Of a DNA stretch of 64,000 nt, positions 8,997-18,245 are shown in pieces. The stretch comes from an uncultured Lachnoclostridium sp. (lineage in GTDB: Bacteria > Bacillota > Clostridia > Lachnospirales > Lachnospiraceae), in the NCBI GenBank assembly GCA_902464595.1, contig CABQJX010000002.1, positions 4,430 to 68,429 on the forward strand, written 5' to 3'. The notes beneath the pieces were generated by a model. The model was not told where the DNA came from and made no database searches. It saw only the letters and a list, made by a program, of their open reading frames with translations. How positions within the stretch are numbered: position 1 is the stretch's first letter; each line of letters starts with the position of its first letter. Made by a program: the position numbers and the translations under genes.

Positions 8997-10208
8997 TTAT
9001 GACACCGTAACGCTGACCCCGGTCACTGCCCACTGATAATTGCGGATAGCCTGCTGCAGGTTCAGATCCGCCCCCTTATAGGCTGCCTCTGCCTGCAGGT
9101 AAGCTAATTCCTGCTGTAAGAACTGGATCTGGCTTAAGGATCCGTTCTGTCTCTGTATCTGAGCCGCATTCCAACCCATCTGAGCACTTTGATACGCGGT
9201 GGAAGCTGCATCGTAAGCGGCTTTCTTCTCAAACAGGGTATCATATAATACCTTCATATCGGAACGAAGCTGATCCTCAGAATAATTGACGGTGCGCATC
9301 TTATTTGCCTTCTGCGTCATGCCTTCTGTGGTGCGCATCTGGAAGTCTGTCATTCCTGCGCCGGATCCGCTCCGCATACTGATCAGGTTATAATTGTTGT
9401 TTACCGCTTTTTCTGTATCCCCGGCCAGATCAAAGGAGGCGATCAGGGAAGGATCTGCCTTAGGCACTGGGCCGATCACGCTGTCTGCCCCCTTGTCCCA
9501 TCCTGTGTAATAACAGAGTGTCTTATAAATCTGGTCAATCCCGGCGTCAATGGTATCCAGCTGGGCCTTGGCAGAGGATAGCTTGGATGCTACGCTCAGC
9601 ACATCTGCATCCACTGCCAATCCCTGGGCCTGCATGGTGTTCTGAATAGCTTGGGCGCTCTGGGCCACCTCCAGAGCCTTCGCCACAACTGCTCTCTGAG
9701 CCAGATAATACTCATACTGGTTCATCAGCGTCTCCGCTCCCAATACGATCATATTGACCTGCCGGTCCACGCTGCGGCTGGATTTGCTCCGGGCAATGGA
9801 TTTATCCATGGATCCGGCGCTGGAGCGCAGCTGTCGGGCGCCTCCCACCACCTGCATGACAGCCGCATTTCCGCTTCCCAGCACGTCGGCCAGCTGGTCT
9901 GCCTGGTTCATATAGTCATCCGCTACCACACGCATGGCGGTAGCGATGCTGGCCTGGTCGGCCTCCATATCATGGATCATTGCATAAGCGCTTTTTATGG
10001 GAGCGTAATGATTCTTGATCAGATCTGTGAGCTCACCGTATTCCATGGTACTGTCCTCAAGCTTTGCCATCTCCTGGGTATAAGCAATTCCCGGTTCTGT
10101 CAGCCTCTCCTCCGCCATATTTTCCGCCAGAGCGGTAAAACCTCCCTGTAATGCCATGAGGGCGGTCAGGGTTATGGCTGCAAAGCGCTTTCCTTTGATT
10201 CGATTCAT
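8997..10208 (-). CDS. TolC/outer-membrane-efflux-like secreted helical protein
   Basis: Signal peptide; two OEP-like helical repeats (MQAQGLAVDADVL; QRQNGSLSQIQFL). Confidence 0.7.
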   Translation of the reverse strand: MNRIKGKRFAAITLTALMALQGGFTALAENMAEERLTEPGIAYTQEMAKLEDSTMEYGELTDLIKNHYAPIKSAYAMIHDMEADQASIATAMRVVADDYMNQADQLADVLGSGNAAVMQVVGGARQLRSSAGSMDKSIARSKSSRSVDRQVNMIVLGAETLMNQYEYYLAQRAVVAKALEVAQSAQAIQNTMQAQGLAVDADVLSVASKLSSAKAQLDTIDAGIDQIYKTLCYYTGWDKGADSVIGPVPKADPSLIASFDLAGDTEKAVNNNYNLISMRSGSGAGMTDFQMRTTEGMTQKANKMRTVNYSEDQLRSDMKVLYDTLFEKKAAYDAASTAYQSAQMGWNAAQIQRQNGSLSQIQFLQQELAYLQAEAAYKGADLNLQQAIRNYQWAVTGVSVTVS

Positions 10209-10239
10209 CTCTTTAACCTCCTTACCCCTTCTGTCCCCT

Positions 10240-11469
10240 CTAATTGGAGGTAGTCAGGCCCTTTACATTCCAGTCATACCCTTCCATTGCTAAAAGAAGC
10301 TGGAGTTTTTCTGTCTCCACGCTGTTTTTTGCTGTGGTATAGCTGCTTAACACATTCTGATATTCCAGGTCCGTGATCTCACCTACTGCCCTCTTTGCGG
10401 CAGCTGTATTCAGATTAACGGAAGCCACCTGGAAAGCAGCCTGGGCTGCATTTAAGGAATCCCTGGTTGTCAGGACTGTATTATACTGGGTTTTCAAGGA
10501 CTTAGCTGCCTTATTTTTGGCGTCCTCCAGCTGAGCCTGGTTGGAATCGATCAGATACTGGCTGCTGAGATTCCCGGCCTTCTTTTCATAATATTTTACA
10601 TCATAATTATTTGCAATAGCTGTCTCCAGATCTGCATCTGGGTTCATAGAAAGGATCCTGTCTGTATCCGGATCCGGCACTTTTCGGATCTCCGGCTGGG
10701 CGTCCACCTTCCAGCCCAGCATCAGGCAGAGATTCCTGTGGACATTGTCCGCTGATTTCTGAGCCGCAAGGATTGCTGAATCCTGATCCTGGACGCTCTT
10801 TAAAGCGGTCAGCACATCAGACTGGGTAGCCATTCCAGCTGCCTGTCTGGCCACAGCTGCCTCATACTGTGCCTGTAAAAGGCTGCGGGCGCTCTGAAGA
10901 TTCTCCATGGTGTATTTGGACTGCTCATAAGTCACCATCATCTGCTGTGCCTGATATACAAGCCCTGCCTCCGTCTGGTCATACTGGATCTTCTCCATAT
11001 CTGCATCCTGATAGTTGTTATCCGCCTGCTGCTGGAGAAGCCCTACCTGAAATCTGGCCGTAGCCCAAGCGATGTCATCCTCATCATCTGCGTTGTCCCA
11101 GATAGCTTCAATGTCATCCATATAATCGTCATAAGCCACATTCAGATCCTTGCCCTTCTGATCCTTGTAAGTGGAACGGTTGCTGCGGACCGTGGGGTTA
11201 TACTCATGGATCAGATCCTCCAATTCCCCATACTCCATCACATTATCCCTCAGGCTGGCCCATTTATCCTGGGTATAGGCAAATTCAGGGCTTAAATCCT
11301 TATTAATATCGGGAGCCGGCGGCTCTGCGATCAAGTGATCCTCGTCCGGTTTGCTCTGATTCCTGGCAAAAGCAGTCATCGGAGCCGCCCCTGCTACCGC
11401 AAAAGCAGTAAAGGCTGCTGCCATCCTGTATCCGTATCTCCGACTCCATGCACATTTTGATCTTTTCAT
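10240..11469 (-). CDS. TolC/outer-membrane-efflux-like secreted helical protein, paralog of the downstream gene
   Basis: Signal peptide; RQAAGMATQSDVL and KRAVGEITDLEY repeats; shares MEYGELxDLI with its neighbour. Confidence 0.7.
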   Translation of the reverse strand: MKRSKCAWSRRYGYRMAAAFTAFAVAGAAPMTAFARNQSKPDEDHLIAEPPAPDINKDLSPEFAYTQDKWASLRDNVMEYGELEDLIHEYNPTVRSNRSTYKDQKGKDLNVAYDDYMDDIEAIWDNADDEDDIAWATARFQVGLLQQQADNNYQDADMEKIQYDQTEAGLVYQAQQMMVTYEQSKYTMENLQSARSLLQAQYEAAVARQAAGMATQSDVLTALKSVQDQDSAILAAQKSADNVHRNLCLMLGWKVDAQPEIRKVPDPDTDRILSMNPDADLETAIANNYDVKYYEKKAGNLSSQYLIDSNQAQLEDAKNKAAKSLKTQYNTVLTTRDSLNAAQAAFQVASVNLNTAAAKRAVGEITDLEYQNVLSSYTTAKNSVETEKLQLLLAMEGYDWNVKGLTTSN

Positions 11470-11483
11470 TTTTTACCTCGTTT

Positions 11484-12122
11484 CTATGTCCTATTGTTCT
11501 TGCAGCTTCGTATTCCTGCCTCCAGGATCCCCATTTCCTTTTTCATGACCTCCAGGATCCGCCCGCTCTCTGCCGCCCCTGCATAAAACAAGGTGACGGA
11601 CCGTATGAAGATCAATACCAGCATATCCACCAGATAAGCCAGGGTGTCCTGGTCAATGGGATATTGTTCATGATCCAGGCATCCATAAAGCTGCTCGATA
11701 AAACTGCGGTACGCCTCGTCCTGTACCAAAAACCCTTTTACCCCAAACATCTGATTCTGGTTCACCACACTCAGATCGGACAGCATATTGCGGTACATGC
11801 GGTATCCCATTCCATTCTGATCCTTTTTTAGAACGGTGCTTAACAGCTCAAGGGACGTCTCGAAGGGATCTCCCTTTTGGGACTTTAAGGTGTCCAATAC
11901 CGTCTTACCGCAGCTCACCCGGAATCCCCGGAGCATATAACGCATAAGATCATCCTTATCCTCAAAATACGTATAGAAGCTTCCTCTGGAAATATCTGCC
12001 TCCTTAATGATCTGGTTGATGGATGCAGAGGAATAAGGAACCCTGGAAAACTCATGGGCTGCCGCTTCCAATATCATCTGTTTTTTCTCTTCCTTTAATT
12101 TTAAGAAGCGCTGGGTGGGCAT
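11484..12122 (-). CDS. TetR/AcrR family regulator
   Basis: HTH motif SINQIIKEADISRGSFYTYFEDKDDL. Confidence 0.93.
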   Translation of the reverse strand: MPTQRFLKLKEEKKQMILEAAAHEFSRVPYSSASINQIIKEADISRGSFYTYFEDKDDLMRYMLRGFRVSCGKTVLDTLKSQKGDPFETSLELLSTVLKKDQNGMGYRMYRNMLSDLSVVNQNQMFGVKGFLVQDEAYRSFIEQLYGCLDHEQYPIDQDTLAYLVDMLVLIFIRSVTLFYAGAAESGRILEVMKKEMGILEAGIRSCKNNRT

Positions 12123-12157
12123 ATATCCTGCCTCCGATTTCTCTTTTGTATAATATG

Positions 12158-12170
12158 TGACAAGATGTCA
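12158..12170. promoter_or_regulatory. Putative TetR operator
   Basis: Palindrome TGACA-AGA-TGTCA just downstream of the promoter; a related TGAC-N6-GTCA at 12202-12215 overlaps the -35. Confidence 0.6.
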
Positions 12171-12187
12171 TAATTGCCACGCTCCCA

Positions 12188-12216
12188 ATTATAAACACTT
12201 CTGACTTACGTGTCAA
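12188..12216 (-). promoter_or_regulatory. Consensus sigmaA promoter of the tetR-tolC-tolC operon
   Basis: Perfect TTGACA-N17-TATAAT on the minus strand. Confidence 0.88.
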
Positions 12217-12265
12217 GAAACCAAGGATTAAATTTCCATAAACACAAAATAGCTATTTTTTCCCC

Positions 12266-12294
12266 TTGCGCATTTCCCAGTCTTGCCTTATACT
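12266..12294 (+). promoter_or_regulatory. Putative sigmaA promoter of the nitrite/sulfite reductase gene
   Basis: TTGCGC-N17-TATACT. Confidence 0.6.
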
Positions 12295-12399
12295 CATTTC
12301 AACTTTGTGCAATTTGTAAGTTTCTATTTTGATTCTTGGGCTTCCGCATTTTGCGGTCAGGCCCAAGATTTTATCTGCTAAAAGAAAAGGAGTAAAATT

Positions 12400-13957
12400 A
12401 TGTTAAATCCACATCTGATCCAGCAGTTCCGTGAGGATATTTCCCAGTTCTCCAAAGGGATCCATTCCTTTGAGGCAGGAGAGACAGACCGAAACGCTTT
12501 TAAAAAGATTTCCGGCGGATTTGGAAGCTATGCCCAGAAACAGGGCGGTTATATGCTGCGTCTTCGTCTTCCGGGAGGGCAGATCTCCAAAAAAACCCTT
12601 GAATTTATTTCCAAAAAAGCTCAGGAATATAACGTAAGCCTGGTGAAGCTGACCACCTGCCAGACCATCCAGTTCCATAACCTGAAGGCGGAGGATGTCA
12701 TATCCCTTTTAACGGACACTCTGGACTTTGGCATCATCACACGGGGCGGCGGCGGGGATTACCCAAGAAATGTAATGGCCAGCCCTCTCAGCGGTCTGAA
12801 CCCTCAGGAAACCTTTGATGTGACCCCCTTCGCCCAGGCCGCAGGGGAATATCTTCTCACCCAGCTTCCAAATCTCCATATGCCCCGCAAGCTGAAAGTT
12901 GCCTTCTCCAACACGCCGGAGGACGAGGTTCATGCCTCTTTCCGTGATCTGGGATTTGTCGCCCAACAAAGATGGAACCTTTTCCGTTTTCTGTGCAGGA
13001 GGCCTTGGGCCGAATCCTAAATTAGGGGTTCACATCACAGACCACGCTGCCCCTGAGGAGGTTTCCCTGTATATCAAAGCCATGCTCCTTCTCTTTACCA
13101 CCTTCGGCAATTATGAGTCCAGAGCCAAATCCCGTACCCGCTATCTCCAGGACACCCTGGGAGCTGAGGAAATCCGCAGCCATTTCATGAAATTTGTGGA
13201 GCAGGCCCGCTTAGAGGAGGAACCCTTAAAGACAGAATCCTGCCCTACCGTGCAGAAGGCTGCCCAGGGGGAACTTTCCCCCGCCCTTTCAAAAAACAAA
13301 AGGATCCTGCCTCAGAAGCAGGAAGGGCTGTACAGCCTGTCCTATCATCCTCTGGGAGGACGCCTCAGCTGCGAAAAGCTGGCAGACCTGTACCAGGCCA
13401 TCAAGGATATACCGGAAGCTTCCCTCCGCCTTGGCCCCGACGGGACTTTGTACATTGTAAACCTGACAGTCAAAGAGCTTCCTGATCTGTTAGAAGCCAC
13501 CGCAGACAGCGCTTCTTCCTTATTGGAGACAAGCGTCTGCTGTATCGGCTCCTCTGTGTGCCAGCACGGCCTCCGGGATTCCTACGGCCTCCTTTCCGCC
13601 TGCGCTGCCAGACTCCAAGAGGAGCAGCTTCCGGACGGAGTCCTTCCTTCTATCCACATTTCCGGCTGTCCTTCCAGCTGTGCAAGCCATCAATCCTCAG
13701 GGATCGGCTTCTCTGGCCATTCCAAACGGGCAGACGGAGCCATGGTTTCCGCTTTCCGTCTCTTTGTAAACGGAAGCAGCCGTCAGGGCGAAACCCGTCT
13801 CGGAACCGAAAAAGCTGTGATCCTGGAATCCCTGATCCCGGATTTCCTGGCTGATCTGGGCAGAAAAATCGCCGCAGACGGCAGTACCTTTGAAGCCTGG
13901 TATCCCGCTCATGAAGAAGAATTTGACCAACTGGCAAAGGAATACGGGGATCGATAA
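12400..13957 (+). pseudogene. Ferredoxin-nitrite/sulfite reductase (siroheme, 4Fe-4S) split by a one-base insertion
   Basis: ORF 12400-13020 (MLRLRLPGG, LTTCQTIQFH, RNV, PRKLKVAFS) continues in ORF 12899-13957 (AGGLG, CIGSSVC, ISGCPSSC). Removing one C from GCCC at 12961-12964 restores RDLGFVANKDGTF. Confidence 0.85.
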
Positions 13958-13981
13958 AAAAATATGGATGGGGACAGCGGC

Positions 13982-14920
13982 TTAGCCGTTATCCTCATCC
14001 ATATTCCATGTCTGGTCCACAATGTAGATGGGCCTGTCTTTTAATTCTGTAAATAAGATAGCAATATACTCGCCGATGATCCCAACGATCAAAAACAGCA
14101 TAGCAAACATAAAGCAGATCAGCACCACAATGGTAGCGTATCCGCTGGGAGCGCCCTGCCTGGTAAAAAGAGTGTAGACCATAACTGCCAGCCCCAGAAA
14201 GCCGGAAAAAATCCCTGCATAGATGCCCAGTTTTAAAGGCATATTAGAAAAGCAGAGGATGGTGTTGATGGAGAATACAAACAGCTTTTTGAGGCTGTAT
14301 TTACTCTCCCCTGCCACCCTGGCCCTGGCCTCATACTGGATCGTAGTCTTTCGGAATCCTACATTCTGGACATACCCTCTCAAAAACCGCACCTTTTCCC
14401 GGTAGCTTTCCTTTAACACCTGAGCCACATGCTGGGTAATGGCGAAAAAATCGGAGGCGTTGGCCTCAAAATGCACATCGGAAATGTGATTGATCAGCCA
14501 ATAAAAACCGGAGGAAGTAATGTTCTTCACAAGGCCTGCGGACTTATTTTTGGTGCGCACCATGTTCACTACCTGATAGCCCTCCTCAAACTGTTCCAGG
14601 ATCTTAGGAATACATTCCGGCGGATGCTGGAGATCCGCATCCATACAGATGATCCCCTCCCCCCTGCTGTGATCCAATCCCGCGATCATGGCCGCCTCAT
14701 GGCCAAAATTCCTGGAAAAGCTGAGCACCTTCACCTTGGAATCCCTGGAAGCCAGGCTTTCCAGGATCCTGAGGCTTTCGTCGGCGCTTCCATCATTCAC
14801 AAAGATCAGCTCATGATCCCAGGAAATCTGATCCAGTATTTTTTTTGTTTCTCTGTAAAATTCTTCTAATGCACGTTCCTCGTTGTAGACAGATACCACA
14901 ACGGATAACAACTTGTCCAT
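13982..14920 (-). CDS. GT2 polyprenyl-phosphate glycosyltransferase (GtrB/CsbB-like)
   Basis: FVNDGSAD, FSRNFGHEAA, MDADLQHPPE, two C-terminal TM helices, IGEYI and RPIYIV. Confidence 0.9.
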   Translation of the reverse strand: MDKLLSVVVSVYNEERALEEFYRETKKILDQISWDHELIFVNDGSADESLRILESLASRDSKVKVLSFSRNFGHEAAMIAGLDHSRGEGIICMDADLQHPPECIPKILEQFEEGYQVVNMVRTKNKSAGLVKNITSSGFYWLINHISDVHFEANASDFFAITQHVAQVLKESYREKVRFLRGYVQNVGFRKTTIQYEARARVAGESKYSLKKLFVFSINTILCFSNMPLKLGIYAGIFSGFLGLAVMVYTLFTRQGAPSGYATIVVLICFMFAMLFLIVGIIGEYIAILFTELKDRPIYIVDQTWNMDEDNG

Positions 14921-14948
14921 CTTTTTCGCTGGTTGTCCTTTCTGTACC

Positions 14949-15806
14949 CTATTCAAATATCTCGATCTCCTGGCTGGAATGGGTGGGGAGACGCTTTTCT
15001 GGCGGAGGAAGCTCCATATAATTCCCATATACCTCTGTGAGGATCTCGTGCCAGCCCTTAGGAAGCATAAGGAAGGTATCCTCAAACTCCCCATCCACCA
15101 CTTGTTCACAGCAGGAGCCCTCCACCGTCACATAGAGGTAATCCGGCTGGTAATTACTGTAATACCAGAATTTTCCCCGGCTTTTGCGGTCCTTTAGGGC
15201 AGCCGCCCTCTGCATGGCAAAAATAACCTTCATCGGGATCAGATGGCCCAAAGAGGCCAGGCCTCCCACAAAAATCTTGTGCATCAGGCTGTATTTGCCG
15301 AAATCCAGATGGTAACGGTGGCCCATAGCCAGACCATAGATGGCCTTATGAAGCAGGCGGGTCCACTCTGCCCCTGCCTTTGAGGCAGGAAGCCGGTCCA
15401 GGATAAACAGATCCACCCAGATATGATTCAATTTGCCTCCGTAAAACTCCATCTCCGGCCCTTCGGCATGGCAGCGGCTCTTTTTGTAGATGATCCGGGG
15501 GGTGAAATCGTAAAAGGCTTTTCCTCCCCGGTAGCTGTCCGGCTCCAAAAGCTCCATGGTGTCAGGCAGCTCCCTCTTTGCCACCTTCATGAATGCCTCA
15601 TATTGGCTTCTGGTAAAAGCCACATCGGCATCGTCATCCCAGGGAATAAATCCCTTATGGCGCACAGCCCCGATCAGAGTTCCCGCATCCAGCATATAGC
15701 GTATGTTGTATTTACGACAAATCCGGTCAATTTCCTTTAATATTTTCAGGTTTGCCTGATGGACCCGCGTCATATCATAGGCTGTTGTCACTGTTTCTGC
15801 CTCCAT
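14949..15806 (-). CDS. LicD family phosphotransferase
   Basis: AGTLIGAVRHKGFIPWDDDADV, WVDLFILD and YGNYMELPP. Start is approximate. Confidence 0.9.
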   Translation of the reverse strand: MEAETVTTAYDMTRVHQANLKILKEIDRICRKYNIRYMLDAGTLIGAVRHKGFIPWDDDADVAFTRSQYEAFMKVAKRELPDTMELLEPDSYRGGKAFYDFTPRIIYKKSRCHAEGPEMEFYGGKLNHIWVDLFILDRLPASKAGAEWTRLLHKAIYGLAMGHRYHLDFGKYSLMHKIFVGGLASLGHLIPMKVIFAMQRAAALKDRKSRGKFWYYSNYQPDYLYVTVEGSCCEQVVDGEFEDTFLMLPKGWHEILTEVYGNYMELPPPEKRLPTHSSQEIEIFE

Positions 15807-17167
15807 TCCTGTCTCACCGCTTCGCATATGGTCTTTGCCATATAGTCGATCATCTCGTCCGTCATTCCCGGATATACGCCTACCCAAAAGGTATCCGACA
15901 TGATCCGGTCTGTATTTTCAAGGGTTCCCACAACCCGGTAGCCCTGTCCATCCTTCCTCATCTCGTCAAAGCATGGATGCTTTATGAGATTTCCTGCAAA
16001 AAGCATACGTGTCTGGACGCCCTTTTCCTCCACATAGCGCACCACCTGGTTCCGGCTTACTCCCTCCTTGCAGGTCAGCAGAAAGCCAAACCAGCTGGGA
16101 CGGGAATGGGGACATGGTTCCGGAAGGATCAGGCAGTCCTCTGCCTCCAAAATCCCCTCCCGCAGACGGTCAAAATTGTGACGGCGGCGTTCCACAAAAG
16201 AGGGGAACTTATCTAGCTGGGCACAGCCGATGGCAGCCTGCATATCGGTAGCCTTTAAATTGTATCCCAGATGAGAGTATACATACTTATGGTCGTATCC
16301 CAGAGGAAGCTCCCCGTACTGGCGGTCAAACCGGTGGCCGCACAGGTTGTCCCGGCCGGAGGGGCATACGCAGTCCCTTCCCCAATCCCGGAAGGACCGC
16401 ACGATCTTATTGAGAAGGGGATTGTCCGTATACACAGCGCCCCCCTCGCCCATAGTCATATGATGGGGCGGGTAGAAGCTGGAAGTGCCAATATCTCCCA
16501 CGGTTCCTGTAAAATGGACTGCCTCTTTTCCATTTTCTTCCATTGTATACTGTGTTCCCAGTGCATCGCAGTTATCCTCCACCAGCCACAGGCCGTGACG
16601 GTCACAGAAATCCTTTACCGCTCTCAGGTCAAAGGGATTTCCCAGGGTGTGGGCGATCATGACTGCCTTTGTCTTCGGTGAAAGAGCCTCCTCCAGCTTT
16701 GTCACATCTACATTATACTGGGGAATGGTCACATCCACAAACACAGGGACTGCCCCGTATTGGATCGCAGGAGCCACCGTAGTGGGAAAACCGCATGCAA
16801 CGGTGATGATCTCATCGCCCCGTTTTACCCGCCGCTCTCCAAGCAAAGGGGAGGTGAGGGCCATAAAGGCCACCAGGTTGGCGGAGGAACCGGAATTTAC
16901 CAGGGAGCAGAAGCGCACCCCAAGATAGTCCGCCAGCTTTTTTTCAAACTCATCCGTATAGCGGCCTGAGGTCAGCCAGAACTCCAGGGAGCTGTCCACC
17001 AAATTTACCATCTCCCTGGAATCGTAGACTCTGGAAGCGTATGGGATCCGGTCTCCTTCCTGAAACGGGCCCTTTTTATTGTGGTAGGTATCGCAGTATT
17101 CTGCTACCAGATCCAGGATCTCCCTCCTGGCCTGTTCCTCTGTTTTATGTTCAAATGCCATATTCAT
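15788..17167 (-). CDS. rfbH: CDP-4-keto-6-deoxy-D-glucose 3-dehydrase (E1, RfbH/DdhC)
   Basis: PLP/PMP fold with His in place of the Schiff-base Lys (SFYPPHHMTMGEGG) and the Fe-S motif DCVCPSGRDNLC; adjacent to rfbG and rfbF. Confidence 0.92.
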   Translation of the reverse strand: MNMAFEHKTEEQARREILDLVAEYCDTYHNKKGPFQEGDRIPYASRVYDSREMVNLVDSSLEFWLTSGRYTDEFEKKLADYLGVRFCSLVNSGSSANLVAFMALTSPLLGERRVKRGDEIITVACGFPTTVAPAIQYGAVPVFVDVTIPQYNVDVTKLEEALSPKTKAVMIAHTLGNPFDLRAVKDFCDRHGLWLVEDNCDALGTQYTMEENGKEAVHFTGTVGDIGTSSFYPPHHMTMGEGGAVYTDNPLLNKIVRSFRDWGRDCVCPSGRDNLCGHRFDRQYGELPLGYDHKYVYSHLGYNLKATDMQAAIGCAQLDKFPSFVERRRHNFDRLREGILEAEDCLILPEPCPHSRPSWFGFLLTCKEGVSRNQVVRYVEEKGVQTRMLFAGNLIKHPCFDEMRKDGQGYRVVGTLENTDRIMSDTFWVGVYPGMTDEMIDYMAKTICEAVRQEWRQKQ

Positions 17168-17176
17168 TCTCCTTCG

Positions 17177-18244
17177 CTACTGAAAAAATTCTGTGATCTG
17201 GCGGTCCATAATCTCTAACATATCTGCCCCGTCAAGGTATGCCTTTGACCACTCCACGGTCTTTTCAACCGCCTCTTTTACCCCGTATCTGGGCTTCCAG
17301 CCAAAACGGGACTTTAAACGGGAGCAGTCCAGCTTCAGGAAATTGGCCTCGTGGGGGCCTCCGTCGTACTGGTTGACCCAGCTCATTCCCTCTCCCCAGG
17401 CAGCGCAGAACAGATCTGCCAGCTCCCCGGTGGTAACACAGTCCTTATCGTCCGGCCCTACGTTATAATAGCCTGCAAAGGCCATATCCTCATACTGCTT
17501 CATGGCTATATCAAGATAGACAGCCAACGGCTCTAATACCAGCTGATAAGGCCTGGTAGAATGAGGATTTCTCACGATCAGGGCCTTCTTCGCAGCAGCG
17601 GCCCGGATGCTGTCCGGTATGATCCGGTCATTGGCAAAATCGCCTCCTCCGATCACATTTCCGGCACGGGAAGTAGAAATGGCACAGCGCCCGTCAGCAA
17701 AGAATGATTTCTGGTAACTGTGGGTCACCAGCTCAGAGCAGGATTTGCTGTTGGAATAAGGGTCGTAGCCGTCCAGGGGATCACATTCCCGATATCCGTA
17801 CTCCCATTCCTGATTTTCGTAGACCTTATCCGTGGTCACATTCAACAGGGAACGCACACTCTCCGTCTGCCTGGCACATTCCAACAGATGGACGGTTCCC
17901 ATAACGTTTGTCTCATAGGTATATACCGGATCCTTATAGGAATCCCGCACAATGGGCTGAGCGGCCAAATGGAATACGATCTCCGGCTGAACCCGCTTAA
18001 AAACCTCCATCATGGCTGGCAGATCCCTTACGTCACCGATAACGCTGTCCATGGTATCCTCAATCCCTGCAATCTCAAATAGACTTGGATCTGTAGGGGG
18101 ATCCAGGGCATATCCCGTTACCTGGGCCCCTGCCAGCGTCAGGATACGGCAGAGCCAGGATCCCTTAAATCCCGTGTGCCCTGTCACCAGCACCCGCTTA
18201 TTTTTGTAAAATTGTTCCAGTTCTTTCATCGTCATGGCCTTCAC
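17177..18244 (-). CDS. rfbG: CDP-glucose 4,6-dehydratase
   Basis: VTGHTGFKGSWL, HLAAQPIVR, TTDKVYEN, DPYSNSK and RAGNVIGGGD. Confidence 0.95.
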   Translation of the reverse strand: MKAMTMKELEQFYKNKRVLVTGHTGFKGSWLCRILTLAGAQVTGYALDPPTDPSLFEIAGIEDTMDSVIGDVRDLPAMMEVFKRVQPEIVFHLAAQPIVRDSYKDPVYTYETNVMGTVHLLECARQTESVRSLLNVTTDKVYENQEWEYGYRECDPLDGYDPYSNSKSCSELVTHSYQKSFFADGRCAISTSRAGNVIGGGDFANDRIIPDSIRAAAAKKALIVRNPHSTRPYQLVLEPLAVYLDIAMKQYEDMAFAGYYNVGPDDKDCVTTGELADLFCAAWGEGMSWVNQYDGGPHEANFLKLDCSRLKSRFGWKPRYGVKEAVEKTVEWSKAYLDGADMLEIMDRQITEFFQ

Positions 18245-18245
18245 C

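Noticed and set aside
14921..15109. N-terminal extension of the GtrB-like ORF
   Set aside because: It overlaps licD; the GT2 fold begins at ATG 14920.
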